DNA of 64,000 nt from an uncultured Candidatus Saccharibacteria bacterium. Lineage in GTDB: Bacteria; Patescibacteriota; Minisyncoccia; Ryanbacterales; GWA2-47-10b. The notes under the pieces were generated by a model, which did not search any database, had not been told where the DNA came from, and worked only from the letters and a program-made list of their open reading frames with translations. Positions 1-9,207 of this stretch are shown here, piece after piece. Each line of letters begins with the position of its first letter. Position 1 is the first letter of the stretch. The stretch spans positions 146,200-210,199 of the forward strand of contig CAYHJF010000001.1 in the NCBI GenBank assembly GCA_964356915.1, in the 5' to 3' direction. The position numbers were made by a program, and so were the translations under genes.

Positions 1-152
1 AAAATCGTGAACAAACCAAAAAGTAACACCACCGCAAGCAGAAGCATCGTCGCCACCATATTGGGCATCCAAATATCAAACGGATTTGCAAGTAGTATTA
101 ATAGAATGAGAAGTACGAAAGTTACGATAAATTCTGATAATGCATTATTCAT
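1..152 (-). CDS. small hydrophobic membrane protein, 5-prime part only (runs off window start)
   Basis: ATG at 150-152 (rc). Translation [38 protein letters not shown]... is strongly hydrophobic. Start overlaps the stop of the upstream XRE regulator gene by 8 nt (ATGAATAA), typical operon coupling. Confidence 0.3.
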   Translation of the reverse strand, partial: MNNALSEFIVTFVLLILLILLANPFDIWMPNMVATMLLLAVVLLFGLFTI

Positions 153-348
153 AAGTAAAAATATGTTCGATGGGTTTTTTAAATAATCGTGCGATTTTAA
201 ACGCAAGTAAAAGTGAGGGAACGTAGTTTCCTTTTTCAATTGCAATAATTGTCTGCCGTGTCACACCAACTTTATCAGCAAGTTCTTCTTGTGTGAGATT
301 AACGCGCGCACGTAATACCGATACGCTATTTAAGATCGACTCTTTCAT
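145..348 (-). CDS. XRE/Cro-C1 family helix-turn-helix transcriptional regulator (67 aa)
   Basis: [23 protein letters not shown] is a canonical XRE HTH motif. Size and pattern match short phage-like repressors. Confidence 0.75.
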   Translation of the reverse strand: MKESILNSVSVLRARVNLTQEELADKVGVTRQTIIAIEKGNYVPSLLLAFKIARLFKKPIEHIFTYE

Positions 349-545
349 ACAATATGTTCATCGTAGCGCACGAACTATGTATGTCAAATATACTTTACAT
401 CCGCGCTCACGTCATAACACTAGGTGCACTTGACATGCCCTGCTTATCATTATAAAATCTTTTCAGTATTTTTCATTGTCCTCGAACCTCCCTCATATCA
501 ATAATTGAACGAAAAAACGTCCACAACCCAAGGGAGGGTCGAACA

Positions 546-791
546 ATGACAACCGTACACCTACAATATGAAGGCGAGCCGTGGTGCATCGCCCACTATC
601 AATTCCACCGCCAGCTCCGTCATGAACTAAGCTTGCTCGAGAGCCTAAGCACAAACGCATGTGCTTTCGAGCTACCACGTGACCAAATAGAGATTGTATC
701 TATCATAGAACTATTACGTGGCGTCGGTATCGACATCAAAATCGTTGCGGGCAAATGCCCCGCAAGCGAAGACGGTATCGAAACGTATTAA
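546..791 (+). CDS. hypothetical small protein (81 aa), divergent from the XRE regulator
   Basis: ORF with putative RBS (agggagggtcgaacaATG) followed directly by a strong hairpin terminator. No recognisable motif. Confidence 0.35.
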   Translation: MTTVHLQYEGEPWCIAHYQFHRQLRHELSLLESLSTNACAFELPRDQIEIVSIIELLRGVGIDIKIVAGKCPASEDGIETY

Positions 792-797
792 TCAAAC

Positions 798-828
798 AAA
801 AGCGCGACTGATAGTCGCGCTTTTTTAT
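798..828 (+). terminator. rho-independent terminator
   Basis: agcgcgact-gat-agtcgcgct perfect 9-bp stem followed by TTTTTT, immediately after the stop of ORF 546..791. Confidence 0.7.
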
Positions 829-1023
829 ATCAAAAAGTAATTCAAAAAATCTTATGCGGTCGCGAGTAAAATAAAAAAACAACTTTTACTAACCAATCAT
901 CGACAGCATTAAAATGCTACGAAGCGTACTCCAACGAGAACAAGGAGTACAACGATCATAACCATCGTGCGTTGATTCATGGTTTTAGTATATCAAATGA
1001 ATATGATAGAGTGAAAGCCACTA

Positions 1024-1094
1024 CGGGATGTAGTATACCGGCAGTACGCATGCATGGGGTGCATGTAGACCGGGTTCAATTCCCGGCATCCCGA
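1024..1094 (+). tRNA. tRNA-Pro (anticodon GGG), no encoded CCA
   Basis: Cloverleaf folded by hand. Acceptor cgggatg/catcccg 7 bp. D arm gta/tac. Anticodon stem catgc/gcatg with loop atGGGgt. T arm ccggg-ttcaatt-cccgg. Discriminator a. Confidence 0.65.
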
Positions 1095-1178
1095 TAAATA
1101 AGTACGAATTTTAATGACGGGTATTGAACGCGTGCTGGGGGCATGCGGGGCTTTGCACTAAGCGAAGCGCAGAAAAAG

Positions 1179-1195
1179 AATTCCCAGCATCCCGA
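1179..1195 (+). repeat. 17-bp direct repeat of the tRNA-Pro(GGG) 3-prime end (aattcccagcatcccga vs aattcccggcatcccga), att-like remnant
   Basis: 16/17 identity with positions 1078-1094, located 85 bp downstream of the tRNA. Confidence 0.5.
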
Positions 1196-1204
1196 CACTC
1201 AAAC

Positions 1205-1240
1205 AAAAACGCCCATAGTATGAGCGTTTTTGTTTACTTA
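1205..1240 (-). terminator. hairpin terminator downstream of rpmB (bidirectional-looking)
   Basis: aaaacgc-ccatagtatga-gcgtttt with flanking A/T runs, directly 3-prime of the rpmB stop on the minus strand. Confidence 0.45.
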
Positions 1241-1252
1241 TGAACAAAGTTC

Positions 1253-1444
1253 TTATTTTACAGGCTGTTTTTGTTTCTTGAGACAACTTGTGCACATTTT
1301 TACTCGAGGCCCATCTCCAATACGCCCCCACTGTAAATTTGGGTATTTCCGTTCCCACTTTGTCGGGTTATAATGAGCACGCAAAAGACGGCGCTTCCCG
1401 CCCATTCGTGAACCTTTACCACATATTGCGCAAACTTTTGACAT
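1253..1444 (-). CDS. rpmB: 50S ribosomal protein bL28 (Zn-ribbon form)
   Basis: MSKVCAICGK...HYNPTKWERKYPNLQWGRI...CTSC has the L28 signature (CxxCGK ... PNLQ ... RI) with a C4 zinc ribbon. Start taken at the internal Met (MSKV) rather than the ORF-track Met. Confidence 0.6.
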   Translation of the reverse strand: MSKVCAICGKGSRMGGKRRLLRAHYNPTKWERKYPNLQWGRIGDGPRVKMCTSCLKKQKQPVK

Positions 1445-1488
1445 AGTCTTCTTACAAATTTGTAACCTCATTGTTATAACACACGTAT

Positions 1489-2112
1489 ATGCCTGATGCA
1501 ATATCTCTCGTCTTTGGACTCGCCATTCTCGTCATGTCAGTCGTCATCCATGAGGTATCCCACGGAATCGCCGCCTACCTCCTCGGTGATAAAACTGCCT
1601 ACTATGAAGGCAGATTGACACTCAATCCAATCCCACACATCGATCCTTTTGGGTCAATTCTTTTACCGCTCCTCCTAAGCCTCACAGGAAGTCCTTTTTT
1701 AATCGGATGGGCAAAACCTGTACCATTTAACCCCTACAACCTCATAAAAGCACCGAAATGGGGGCCAGGTATCGTTGCTGCCGCAGGGCCTATCTCTAAC
1801 CTGGTAATCGCAACGTTCTTCGGAATTTTAATTCGTCTTGGGGGACACAACATCATTCCATTTCCTCAACAATTTCTTGAGATTTCAGCTCTCATCGCCC
1901 TCCTCAATATCGCACTTGCGGTTTTTAACCTCGTTCCTATCCCACCTCTCGATGGATCAAAAGTACTCATCGCTGCCTTACCGGATCGCCTGCACAACAT
2001 CGCGATCGCACTCGAAGCATGGGGCTTCGTGCTACTCATCGCCTTTATTCTATTATTCTCGCCGGTTGTTAGTGTTATTACCTCAATACTCTTTCGCATC
2101 ATCGTTGGATAA
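1489..2112 (+). CDS. site-2 protease family (peptidase M50) zinc metalloprotease
   Basis: Polytopic membrane protein with HEVSHG (HExxH) in the first TM region and LNLVPIPPLDGSK (the LDG motif of the M50/SpoIVFB family). Confidence 0.7.
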   Translation: MPDAISLVFGLAILVMSVVIHEVSHGIAAYLLGDKTAYYEGRLTLNPIPHIDPFGSILLPLLLSLTGSPFLIGWAKPVPFNPYNLIKAPKWGPGIVAAAGPISNLVIATFFGILIRLGGHNIIPFPQQFLEISALIALLNIALAVFNLVPIPPLDGSKVLIAALPDRLHNIAIALEAWGFVLLIAFILLFSPVVSVITSILFRIIVG

Positions 2113-2120
2113 TAAATTTT

Positions 2121-2654
2121 ATGATGCCATCAAAAATCGCATTTACCGACCTCGAGATGACGGGACTCAATCCGACAGAACACGAGATTATAGAAATTGG
2201 GCTCATTGTCGCAGATGCTACAACACTTCAAGAGCTCGATCGATTTGAAACGCGCGTACACCCACAACATTTAGAAACCGCGAACTACCAATCACTTCAG
2301 TTCACCGGATACAATGAACAAAACTGGGCAAATGCACTCTCGCTCAAGGATGCGCTAACAGAATATTCAAAGCGCGCTACTGGATCAGTGTTTGCTGCAT
2401 GGAACACTCCGTATGATTGGATGTTTTTAGTAGCTGCGTACCAAAAAGAAAGACTAGAGATACCCCTCGACTATCACACGCTCGACATCTTTTCTATTGC
2501 ATACGAAAAAATGCGTGACGATGAACACTTTAGTATCAAACTTACAAAACTCTGTACATCTCTTGGGATCCCGCGCGAACCAATGCCTCATCGCGCAATC
2601 AACGGCGCAGAACAAGCGTTTGAACTCTACAAAAAACTGCGAGAACAAATTTAG
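2121..2654 (+). CDS. DEDD-type 3-prime-5-prime exonuclease (DnaQ/oligoribonuclease-like)
   Basis: N-terminal Exo I motif AFTDLEMTGL ... EIIEIG. Conserved H near the C-terminus (MPHRAINGAEQ). Size 177 aa. Confidence 0.65.
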   Translation: MMPSKIAFTDLEMTGLNPTEHEIIEIGLIVADATTLQELDRFETRVHPQHLETANYQSLQFTGYNEQNWANALSLKDALTEYSKRATGSVFAAWNTPYDWMFLVAAYQKERLEIPLDYHTLDIFSIAYEKMRDDEHFSIKLTKLCTSLGIPREPMPHRAINGAEQAFELYKKLREQI

Positions 2655-2666
2655 AACTTATAATTT

Positions 2667-2741
2667 TGGTGCCCTCGGTAGGAATCGAACCTACATTAAC
2701 TCCTTAGAAGGGAGCCGTTCTATCCATTGAACTACGGGGGC
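2667..2741 (-). tRNA. tRNA-Arg (anticodon TCT) with encoded CCA
   Basis: rc = GCCCCCGTAGTTCAATGGATAGAACGGCTCCCTTCTAAGGAGTTAATGTAGGTTCGATTCCTACCGAGGGCACCA. D stem gttc/gaac. Anticodon stem gctcc/ggagt, loop cTTCTaa. T arm gtagg-ttcgatt-cctac. One C-A mismatch in the acceptor stem. Confidence 0.65.
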
Positions 2742-2768
2742 GCGCTACTATGTATAGTAGTAGATATC

Positions 2769-3101
2769 TTACTCGAATGGAGTTCTCGATGGAAGATCCG
2801 CTCCTGACCCTGCTAACACCTCTGCTCTATTCGCCAAAATCGCACGCACGTCATCAAGTAGCTTACGATTCAATCTCTTCACTCCCGGGTCAAGAGAAAG
2901 CTCGGTACCCGAAGGAAGAGGAGCCTCTGTGTGAAATAAAAACACGTATCCATCGTACGCCACAACGCCAACAAGCAATCCTCCAAGCACAATCAGAGAA
3001 AGGCGCCATAATAAGGAGCCGTGGACCAGAATATTTGTCTTTTGCGCGGAACTTTTCCGTCGCAACGAGAAATGCATTGAAATAGGAAGATTAAATTTCA
3101 T
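2769..3101 (-). CDS. hypothetical membrane protein, last gene of the pilus cluster (PilP-like by position only)
   Basis: Start overlaps the pilO-like stop by 4 nt. One TM helix (LSLIVLGGLLVGVVAY). No conserved motif recognised. Confidence 0.35.
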   Translation of the reverse strand: MKFNLPISMHFSLRRKSSAQKTNILVHGSLLWRLSLIVLGGLLVGVVAYDGYVFLFHTEAPLPSGTELSLDPGVKRLNRKLLDDVRAILANRAEVLAGSGADLPSRTPFE

Positions 3102-3607
3102 AGCGCTGCAATTGACATAGTAATCTGAGTTGAATTCGCAAGGATTGAAAGTTGGTTAATCGTTATAAAAAAGCGTTCATTTTCAAGCTCGCGGAGCATT
3201 CTAATAACATTTGTATAGGAACCATTAACTGTCAAACTTACGCCCACCTTCCCTGCCTCAAGTGCTCCTGGTGGAGTGATGGATACCTGCCCAAGATTGT
3301 TCCGCTTGATAATTTCATCGATAAATAAAACGAGCTCGAGTTCTTTTTTATCATCGTTCGCGATGAAAAATAAATTCTCAATCTTCGTAATATCTTTTTG
3401 CGCATCCTCATACTCTGGTAAAATTTGTCCGCGATATGCTCGTAACTCTTGTTCCGTTGTCCGAATCTCTTTTTCCATCTCAAAAAATTTATTTGATAAT
3501 GGAAAAATCTGGTAAAAAACAAGATACGCAAATACCGCACAAAGTGCCGCGTTTGCTAGCACGACACCCGCAGTCGTCAAAATAAATTTTTTCTGAATAG
3601 GCATCAT
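3098..3607 (-). CDS. pilO: type IV pilus assembly protein PilO-like
   Basis: N-terminal TM followed by coiled-coil (EKEIRTTEQELRAYRGQILP). Size and position after the pilN-like gene. 4-nt overlaps with neighbours. Confidence 0.5.
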   Translation of the reverse strand: MMPIQKKFILTTAGVVLANAALCAVFAYLVFYQIFPLSNKFFEMEKEIRTTEQELRAYRGQILPEYEDAQKDITKIENLFFIANDDKKELELVLFIDEIIKRNNLGQVSITPPGALEAGKVGVSLTVNGSYTNVIRMLRELENERFFITINQLSILANSTQITMSIAAL

Positions 3608-4152
3608 AACTGTATACGAAGCGTAAGATTAAAATCAGCGTTCTGCTCTTTTAAAATGTTTGTTACTGGGGAATCGTATGATTTTACCTTTGGATGAGCT
3701 TTGAGTGCATCAAAAAAGCTCAAAAAAGAGGAGCGCGTATTCGCAATGCCCGACAATTTGATTACACCTCCCGGCTTACCATCAACCTGCGCCCGATCAA
3801 GCTCAATACTCGTGAGATGAATATCGGAGCCAACTTTATTTATGATTTCTTCTAAAGATCTCATCACTGGTAACGTATCTTTCCCATACCCAGCAACATT
3901 TCGTAATAACGTATTTACTTTACCAAGTCGCTTTCCTGTCTCATCAAGCTCTTTAAATTCCTGACTTTTCTGAATCGATGAGAGGTAATCCTGTTTTGCG
4001 TCAAAACGAAATGTAAGGGCAAAAAATGAAGGTAACAAAAGTAAATCTCCCGCGAGTGCGACCACGCCAAAATAAAGTCCAAATGTAACAACATATCGCC
4101 GCCACGCCTCATACCGAAGTTCTTTTTTATATGAATCAGGAAGTAAGTTCAT
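3604..4152 (-). CDS. pilN: type IV pilus assembly protein PilN-like
   Basis: Short cytoplasmic N-terminus (MNLLPDSYKKELRYEAWRRY) then a TM then periplasmic domain, the classic PilN architecture. Immediately follows pilM. Confidence 0.55.
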   Translation of the reverse strand: MNLLPDSYKKELRYEAWRRYVVTFGLYFGVVALAGDLLLLPSFFALTFRFDAKQDYLSSIQKSQEFKELDETGKRLGKVNTLLRNVAGYGKDTLPVMRSLEEIINKVGSDIHLTSIELDRAQVDGKPGGVIKLSGIANTRSSFLSFFDALKAHPKVKSYDSPVTNILKEQNADFNLTLRIQL

Positions 4153-5219
4153 ACGATGTTGAGAGAAACAATATCACCGCCACGCAGTGCGAGACCAAAT
4201 GTAGTCGCATATCTCATAGTCTCGCGTGCCGTGATCGAAGGAATTTGTTTTTCAAGATTAAATATATTTTCCCAAATACGAGCTCGCTCAACTGGGATAC
4301 GAAGTTCTTGGGCGAGAAATTCTGGTAATCCATGCAGCAGGGCATCGCCTCCACATAAATACACGCGAGAAACCGGATCACGCTCCGGATATCGTCTCTC
4401 CCAAAAACCAATCTGGCGATCGGCCTCATCTTTCAGCGCAACGAGCGCGGGCGTCAGGCTCTTGATAATATCTTCGGACATTGCATCAAAACCTCTTCCA
4501 AACTTTACCTCTTTAGCCTGCTCGGGTGTTAGTTGAAGTGCGTTCATTAAAATCGCATCAATATCGCGCCCGCCAACTTTCACCGTAGAGGTAAAGTTCA
4601 CGGTACCCTCCGAGACAATAGAAAATGTCGTTCGCGTCTTACCAAGATCACCGACTAAAAAAACACCTTTGGTATTTCTTGGTACAACCGCGCGCGCGAT
4701 CGCCTGCGACTCAAGCTCGAAAACAAGCGGGAGAAAACCTGCTTTTTGGACTGCGTTCATATATGACTCGACTGTCGCTTTTGGATAGGCAGTGACAACA
4801 ACGTCCATTGTAGGACGACTACGCTCAGCGAGATCGAGGACTTGATAGTCAAAATACAAATCTGCTGGAGGGAATGGAATATGCTCTTCAAGCTGAAACT
4901 CAAGAGCTTGGCGTAACTCACCCAAAGGAATGCGCTGCGTGCGGATAAGTCGTAAAAATCCCTTTTCTTCAGGCAAAGATAAAATAAGATACGGGTCTCG
5001 AAGCTTTTTCTTTCCTCCAAAATTTTGAATGCGCTTTAATGCTTCACCAAGAGCAACTTCATCTTTGATCTCACCGGCATCAATAATACCTTTGGCGAGA
5101 GGTTCCTCTCCAAAAAATGTAACGTCTTGTTCATCCTTATGCTTATCAAGACGCAAATATTTAAATGATTCGTCAGAGATATCGAGGCCTATGACTGAAA
5201 ACAAAAACGGGTTTGCCAT
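4149..5219 (-). CDS. pilM: type IV pilus assembly protein PilM (actin-like ATPase fold)
   Basis: N-terminal IGLDISDESFKYLRL (actin/HSP70-like phosphate-1 motif as in PilM/FtsA), 356 aa, followed by pilN/pilO. Confidence 0.7.
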   Translation of the reverse strand: MANPFLFSVIGLDISDESFKYLRLDKHKDEQDVTFFGEEPLAKGIIDAGEIKDEVALGEALKRIQNFGGKKKLRDPYLILSLPEEKGFLRLIRTQRIPLGELRQALEFQLEEHIPFPPADLYFDYQVLDLAERSRPTMDVVVTAYPKATVESYMNAVQKAGFLPLVFELESQAIARAVVPRNTKGVFLVGDLGKTRTTFSIVSEGTVNFTSTVKVGGRDIDAILMNALQLTPEQAKEVKFGRGFDAMSEDIIKSLTPALVALKDEADRQIGFWERRYPERDPVSRVYLCGGDALLHGLPEFLAQELRIPVERARIWENIFNLEKQIPSITARETMRYATTFGLALRGGDIVSLNIV

Positions 5220-5240
5220 GCCCGTTTATTATATCGCACT

Positions 5241-7613
5241 TTATTCAATTTCGTGAAATTCTGTGATATCAAGATTTGCGGACGATGGAGTACAAGAAAG
5301 GCATGCCGCTCCCTTTCTGTACGTAAGAACACTCTTATCACGAATCTCAAGACCTGCCGCAACAACCTGACTCAAAAGAGGATTGTCATTAATTAGCAGC
5401 CTACCAAAGGGCACGAACACGGATCCTCGCAACTTCGCTATAGCTGGATTATCCATTGTAAAAACTTCATTTGAGCTCAATGTGTTGAATGAGTTCTGTA
5501 GAGAATATAGATATACATCGTCTTTATACGCCGGATTTCTTGTTAAGTAGGAATTTTTACATCCCGCGTATGAAGATGGATTACATCCGATAATTTCTGG
5601 GCCGGAGTTGGTGACACTTACCGTTCCATCAAAGAGAACTGCGGCAAAGACTGGATCTGGTGTCGTATTGCCAGGCTTATCGAGATAAATACCGCATTTC
5701 TGAGCCGACGTACAACTAATATTCGCCGCTCCAGTAAAGTAAAAGATGGGCTCCTGATTTGCTGGCACAGATAAGATTAGCTTGCCATTACCTGAGATGG
5801 TCAGGCTGCCATATTTGCCCGGCTGTATCGTAGTTGTCGCACTACCAGCAATACTAATATTTGTACCTTCGGCAACTGGCGTTGTTACATTGTAACCATC
5901 CGCTGTCGTCTTCCATGTCTTAATGAGTGTTTTTGGTGAATTACCATCTCCCTCAGGAGTAAATAACATTGGCAATATACCAGGACCTGACGCAAAAGGA
6001 CCTGTACCTGAAGCTGGCACCGTAGACGTCGCTGGCGCAGGATACGGAGAAGAGTTTACACACTCAGCAGCAACTGACATCGTATTGTCACAATATTTCT
6101 TACAATATGTAGTACTCGGAGATGGACCATCGGCACAATCCTGAGTTGCACCATAAGGCTGTGGAGGATAGCGCACATCGGTACGTGCATATCCATAGTG
6201 GAATGCTCCTGTTGTAGAGGCAAGCTGACCCGCATTACCTTCGACCTGCTGTGCCTTCAAAAGCCCGTCGGTTGCAGCAACACGTTGCGTATCCATCGAC
6301 ATAGAACGCGTGAGAAAGCGCGTATTACTTGCAGAATCTTTTGTCTCTTCTCCTTGAAAAATTTTAAACGCTATCGAGCGTGTTGATGTCAATGTATCCC
6401 AACCCGCAGCCTCTTGGCGTAGCTCGGCATCAACAGCAAATTTAAGTGCTGGCGCGTGCCATTCGGCAGTTCCATATGTTTGGTCAGGAGTTGAACCACA
6501 TGAATCTCCATAACATGCCGGATAATTAATATGATTCGGAATTGTAATTCCCTGCGGCACATACGAATTATTTTTTGACATAAATACCCAATGATTTGAA
6601 GCATCCCCGCCCGATCCTGTAAGCGAAAGAACTAACCAGTATTTTTCACCTTCAACCATTGGAAAGTCACTCGAATAATCAGTAAGAAAATCAAAACACT
6701 TCCACTCAAAATTAGTAGTCGCGTTGCTTGCATTCAGCGTCTTTAATTGATTTGTATGATATGAAGAATCATTCGCATCATATGGAGATCCTCCACGAGT
6801 AGCCGTACTCGATGCCACTGACGCCCCAACGGGATCATTGGGCTCAATTGTTAATTGTAACGCGGGAGGAGTTCCTACTTTTTTCAAATATACACACGCG
6901 CGCATCGCATATGCGGTAACAGCCGGAACAAAAGCCTGCGCCATATCTTTTTTACCTACAGTACCAAGCTTCACCGTAATAGAATCCCAGCTCGCCCAGT
7001 TATCCGATGGCTTATTTACACAGTTACCATTTTCTTTTGGATTGCATTGGGCCCACGTTGAGCTCGCGGCGATTGAATTCGCAACCATAATATCTCCGTA
7101 TACAACGGGAGCAGTGGCACCACTCGCATCAATCGTACTGTTTGAATAAAAAGTAGTAGACTCACCAATATTCACACTGCGAACAGTAGGGCTATCGTTT
7201 ACACGAACTGTCAAAAATCCTATTTGTGCGGCATTATTGAGATCGGGAAAACCGCCATCGAGAGATCCTCCATCAAAGACAATTCGCGCGCTTCGGTGAC
7301 GATTTGAAAGATTACTCCGTGATACAAGCGTGTATGGACCAGTTCCACTAATCGTCACGCTCGCCGTTGCGCTATTGAGCGTAACGCTCTCTGGAGTCGC
7401 ATATGTCTGCGTATTTTGAATACGAGATGCGACTTCTTCTATCCCAGACTCCGCAGTAATAAAACTCTTTTTTGCGTATGCAAGCTCACGAGCACGATTG
7501 AGCTCAGTCACCGCAATATATCCATATGCTCCAAGGATTAAAAGCGAGATAAAAAAGAAAAATAGCACTGCCATCAATGCTGCCTGTCCTTTGGTATATA
7601 AAATCTTATTCAT
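5241..7613 (-). CDS. large (790 aa) pilus-associated extracellular protein with N-terminal pilin-like TM anchor; candidate tip adhesin or GspK/PilX-like minor pilin
   Basis: N-terminus KGQAALMAVLFFFFISLLILGAY resembles a prepilin leader without Glu5 (as in GspK-type minor pilins). The rest is S/T/N/G-rich with many Cys pairs. Sits between pilin genes and pilM. Confidence 0.4.
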   Translation of the reverse strand: MNKILYTKGQAALMAVLFFFFISLLILGAYGYIAVTELNRARELAYAKKSFITAESGIEEVASRIQNTQTYATPESVTLNSATASVTISGTGPYTLVSRSNLSNRHRSARIVFDGGSLDGGFPDLNNAAQIGFLTVRVNDSPTVRSVNIGESTTFYSNSTIDASGATAPVVYGDIMVANSIAASSTWAQCNPKENGNCVNKPSDNWASWDSITVKLGTVGKKDMAQAFVPAVTAYAMRACVYLKKVGTPPALQLTIEPNDPVGASVASSTATRGGSPYDANDSSYHTNQLKTLNASNATTNFEWKCFDFLTDYSSDFPMVEGEKYWLVLSLTGSGGDASNHWVFMSKNNSYVPQGITIPNHINYPACYGDSCGSTPDQTYGTAEWHAPALKFAVDAELRQEAAGWDTLTSTRSIAFKIFQGEETKDSASNTRFLTRSMSMDTQRVAATDGLLKAQQVEGNAGQLASTTGAFHYGYARTDVRYPPQPYGATQDCADGPSPSTTYCKKYCDNTMSVAAECVNSSPYPAPATSTVPASGTGPFASGPGILPMLFTPEGDGNSPKTLIKTWKTTADGYNVTTPVAEGTNISIAGSATTTIQPGKYGSLTISGNGKLILSVPANQEPIFYFTGAANISCTSAQKCGIYLDKPGNTTPDPVFAAVLFDGTVSVTNSGPEIIGCNPSSYAGCKNSYLTRNPAYKDDVYLYSLQNSFNTLSSNEVFTMDNPAIAKLRGSVFVPFGRLLINDNPLLSQVVAAGLEIRDKSVLTYRKGAACLSCTPSSANLDITEFHEIE

Positions 7614-7619
7614 AGATAC

Positions 7620-8120
7620 TTAGTAACTCCCTCGTAGAATCGCAAGTGCAGAATACGATCGCGTTACGTAATATTTTCCACGACCAGACTCTACGGTCAT
7701 TGTAACTCGAATACCATTTGAAACCGTACCGCTCAACTGATCAAAATCAAACGCGGTAACTGTTACATCCGGAGCTGTTAGATCGGCACCTGCAATCGTT
7801 ATTTTATTTGAAGCGTATGCAATCGTACGCGACGTACCTCCAGGACATGCAGTTGCACTTGAAAAATCAGCGAACGTATCAAGCGTAATACTCGTTCCGC
7901 TAAACGTGGTGACACTACATGCGAGGCGCAACTCGCGCACAATCCGCTCAAGAGCAGTATCTGCAGCTTCCGCAACTCGTTGCTCGCTTCGTGCCTTACC
8001 ATATGTCTGTGAAAGCTGGACGATACTAAAGGCAACAAAAACAATAGTCATCGTTAGTATTGCGATGTAAACCACAAGCTCCATCAACGTTGTCCCTCGC
8101 TTCATCATATTAGTTGCCAA
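7620..8120 (-). CDS. type IV pilin-like protein (prepilin N-terminal motif)
   Basis: MKRG|TTLMELVVYIAIL: G-x-x-x-E5 class III signal followed by a hydrophobic helix. Confidence 0.6.
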   Translation of the reverse strand: MATNMMKRGTTLMELVVYIAILTMTIVFVAFSIVQLSQTYGKARSEQRVAEAADTALERIVRELRLACSVTTFSGTSITLDTFADFSSATACPGGTSRTIAYASNKITIAGADLTAPDVTVTAFDFDQLSGTVSNGIRVTMTVESGRGKYYVTRSYSALAILRGSY

Positions 8121-8616
8121 AAAGATCTGCGATATAAAAATCGACTGACTCCGTAAACTGATCCCACGAAGCCGTCACTGTGACACGTTTTGTATCCGAA
8201 TCGAGCGTACTCCCCGAGCAGACTCCCGTCGTAACGCCAACGATATCACCCGTAGAACTATTCCGACATACATCCTGTATATTCATCGCGACTTTAACAT
8301 TGGCGGTGATCGCCGTTGGGCACGGGGAAGTCGCGGTCAGCACATATGCCCCCGCGACATACGTAAGACAATAATTTGGTGTTGTAGAAAGCGTAAGAGC
8401 TGGCGATGCAATATTCGCCGTCCAACCCGAATCTCGCCTATATCGCATCGCCTCTACCGCCTCTTCCAAAATAAATAATGCCTGCGTGCGGCGTGCGGCA
8501 CGTGTTACTGATCGATCAGCAAGAATTACCGCTCCATAAATTGTTGAAAAAGATGCCGCCAATACTCCAAGAGCGACGATAAGTTCTACAATCGAAAATC
8601 CGCGACTTCGATGCAT
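8110..8616 (-). CDS. type IV pilin-like protein
   Basis: RG|FSIVELIVALGVL canonical prepilin cleavage/methylation motif. Confidence 0.65.
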   Translation of the reverse strand: MHRSRGFSIVELIVALGVLAASFSTIYGAVILADRSVTRAARRTQALFILEEAVEAMRYRRDSGWTANIASPALTLSTTPNYCLTYVAGAYVLTATSPCPTAITANVKVAMNIQDVCRNSSTGDIVGVTTGVCSGSTLDSDTKRVTVTASWDQFTESVDFYIADLFGN

Positions 8617-8625
8617 GATTCTATT

Positions 8626-9207
8626 TTACGGTAATGTAGCAATGACGCCAGTAGGACGCACTGTAATAATGCGTGTATCGTTGATGCGCTCAGCCGTAAA
8701 CTGCACGAGCACACCATTTGGAGAGGTCGGAGAACACGTAGCAACGGCAGCAACACTCTGAAGCGCGTTTCCCGCAGTCCTTCGCTCTGCCTCACCAGTT
8801 ATTCGTTTAAAATAAATCTCTGGACGGGGGTCTGGCTGTGTATTCCCCGATATACAAATAACACTCATTGTGACTTCGCCCGGTATCGTATATGTTTCCT
8901 CTACCGTTAATGTCTGCGGAGCGCCTGTAGAATATTGAAAAAGTCTAATCTCTTTTGTCGCTGAATCAAAATGAATTCCGTATTGTGTCCCTGTACTTGT
9001 GCTGTCCTGTGAGGCGAGCGTTCTACTGCGCGCCTTCCCAAGCATGGCATATGTAGTCTCCGCGGCAGCGTTAAGTCCTTGGCGAGCCACAAATCGAGAA
9101 TATACCCCAACGAGTAGAGAAGAAATGACGGCCATAACAACTACAACAATAACAAGCTCGAGCATCGCAATACCTCGCTTTTGATTAAATCGCGCTCGAT
9201 ATTCCAT
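8626..9207 (-). CDS. type IV pilin (candidate major pilin)
   Basis: KRG|IAMLELVIVVVVMAVI prepilin motif. First pilin gene after pilC. Confidence 0.65.
   Translation of the reverse strand: MEYRARFNQKRGIAMLELVIVVVVMAVISSLLVGVYSRFVARQGLNAAAETTYAMLGKARSRTLASQDSTSTGTQYGIHFDSATKEIRLFQYSTGAPQTLTVEETYTIPGEVTMSVICISGNTQPDPRPEIYFKRITGEAERRTAGNALQSVAAVATCSPTSPNGVLVQFTAERINDTRIITVRPTGVIATLP

Noticed and set aside
1158-1358. 66-aa minus-strand ORF over the tRNA 3-prime-end repeat and rpmB terminator
   Set aside because: It overlaps the rpmB 3-prime end and terminator hairpin. No RBS or motif. Non-coding is more likely.
1838-2248. 136-aa and 78-aa ORFs overlapping the M50 protease and exonuclease genes
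   Set aside because: These are alternative-frame or antisense ORFs inside two well-supported genes. Their composition is Ser/Arg-rich nonsense.
2750-3085. 111-aa plus-strand ORF overlapping the last gene of the pilus cluster
   Set aside because: It is antisense to a minus-strand ORF that is translationally coupled (4-nt overlap) to pilO. The plus ORF would also overlap the tRNA-Arg region promoter side and has no motif.
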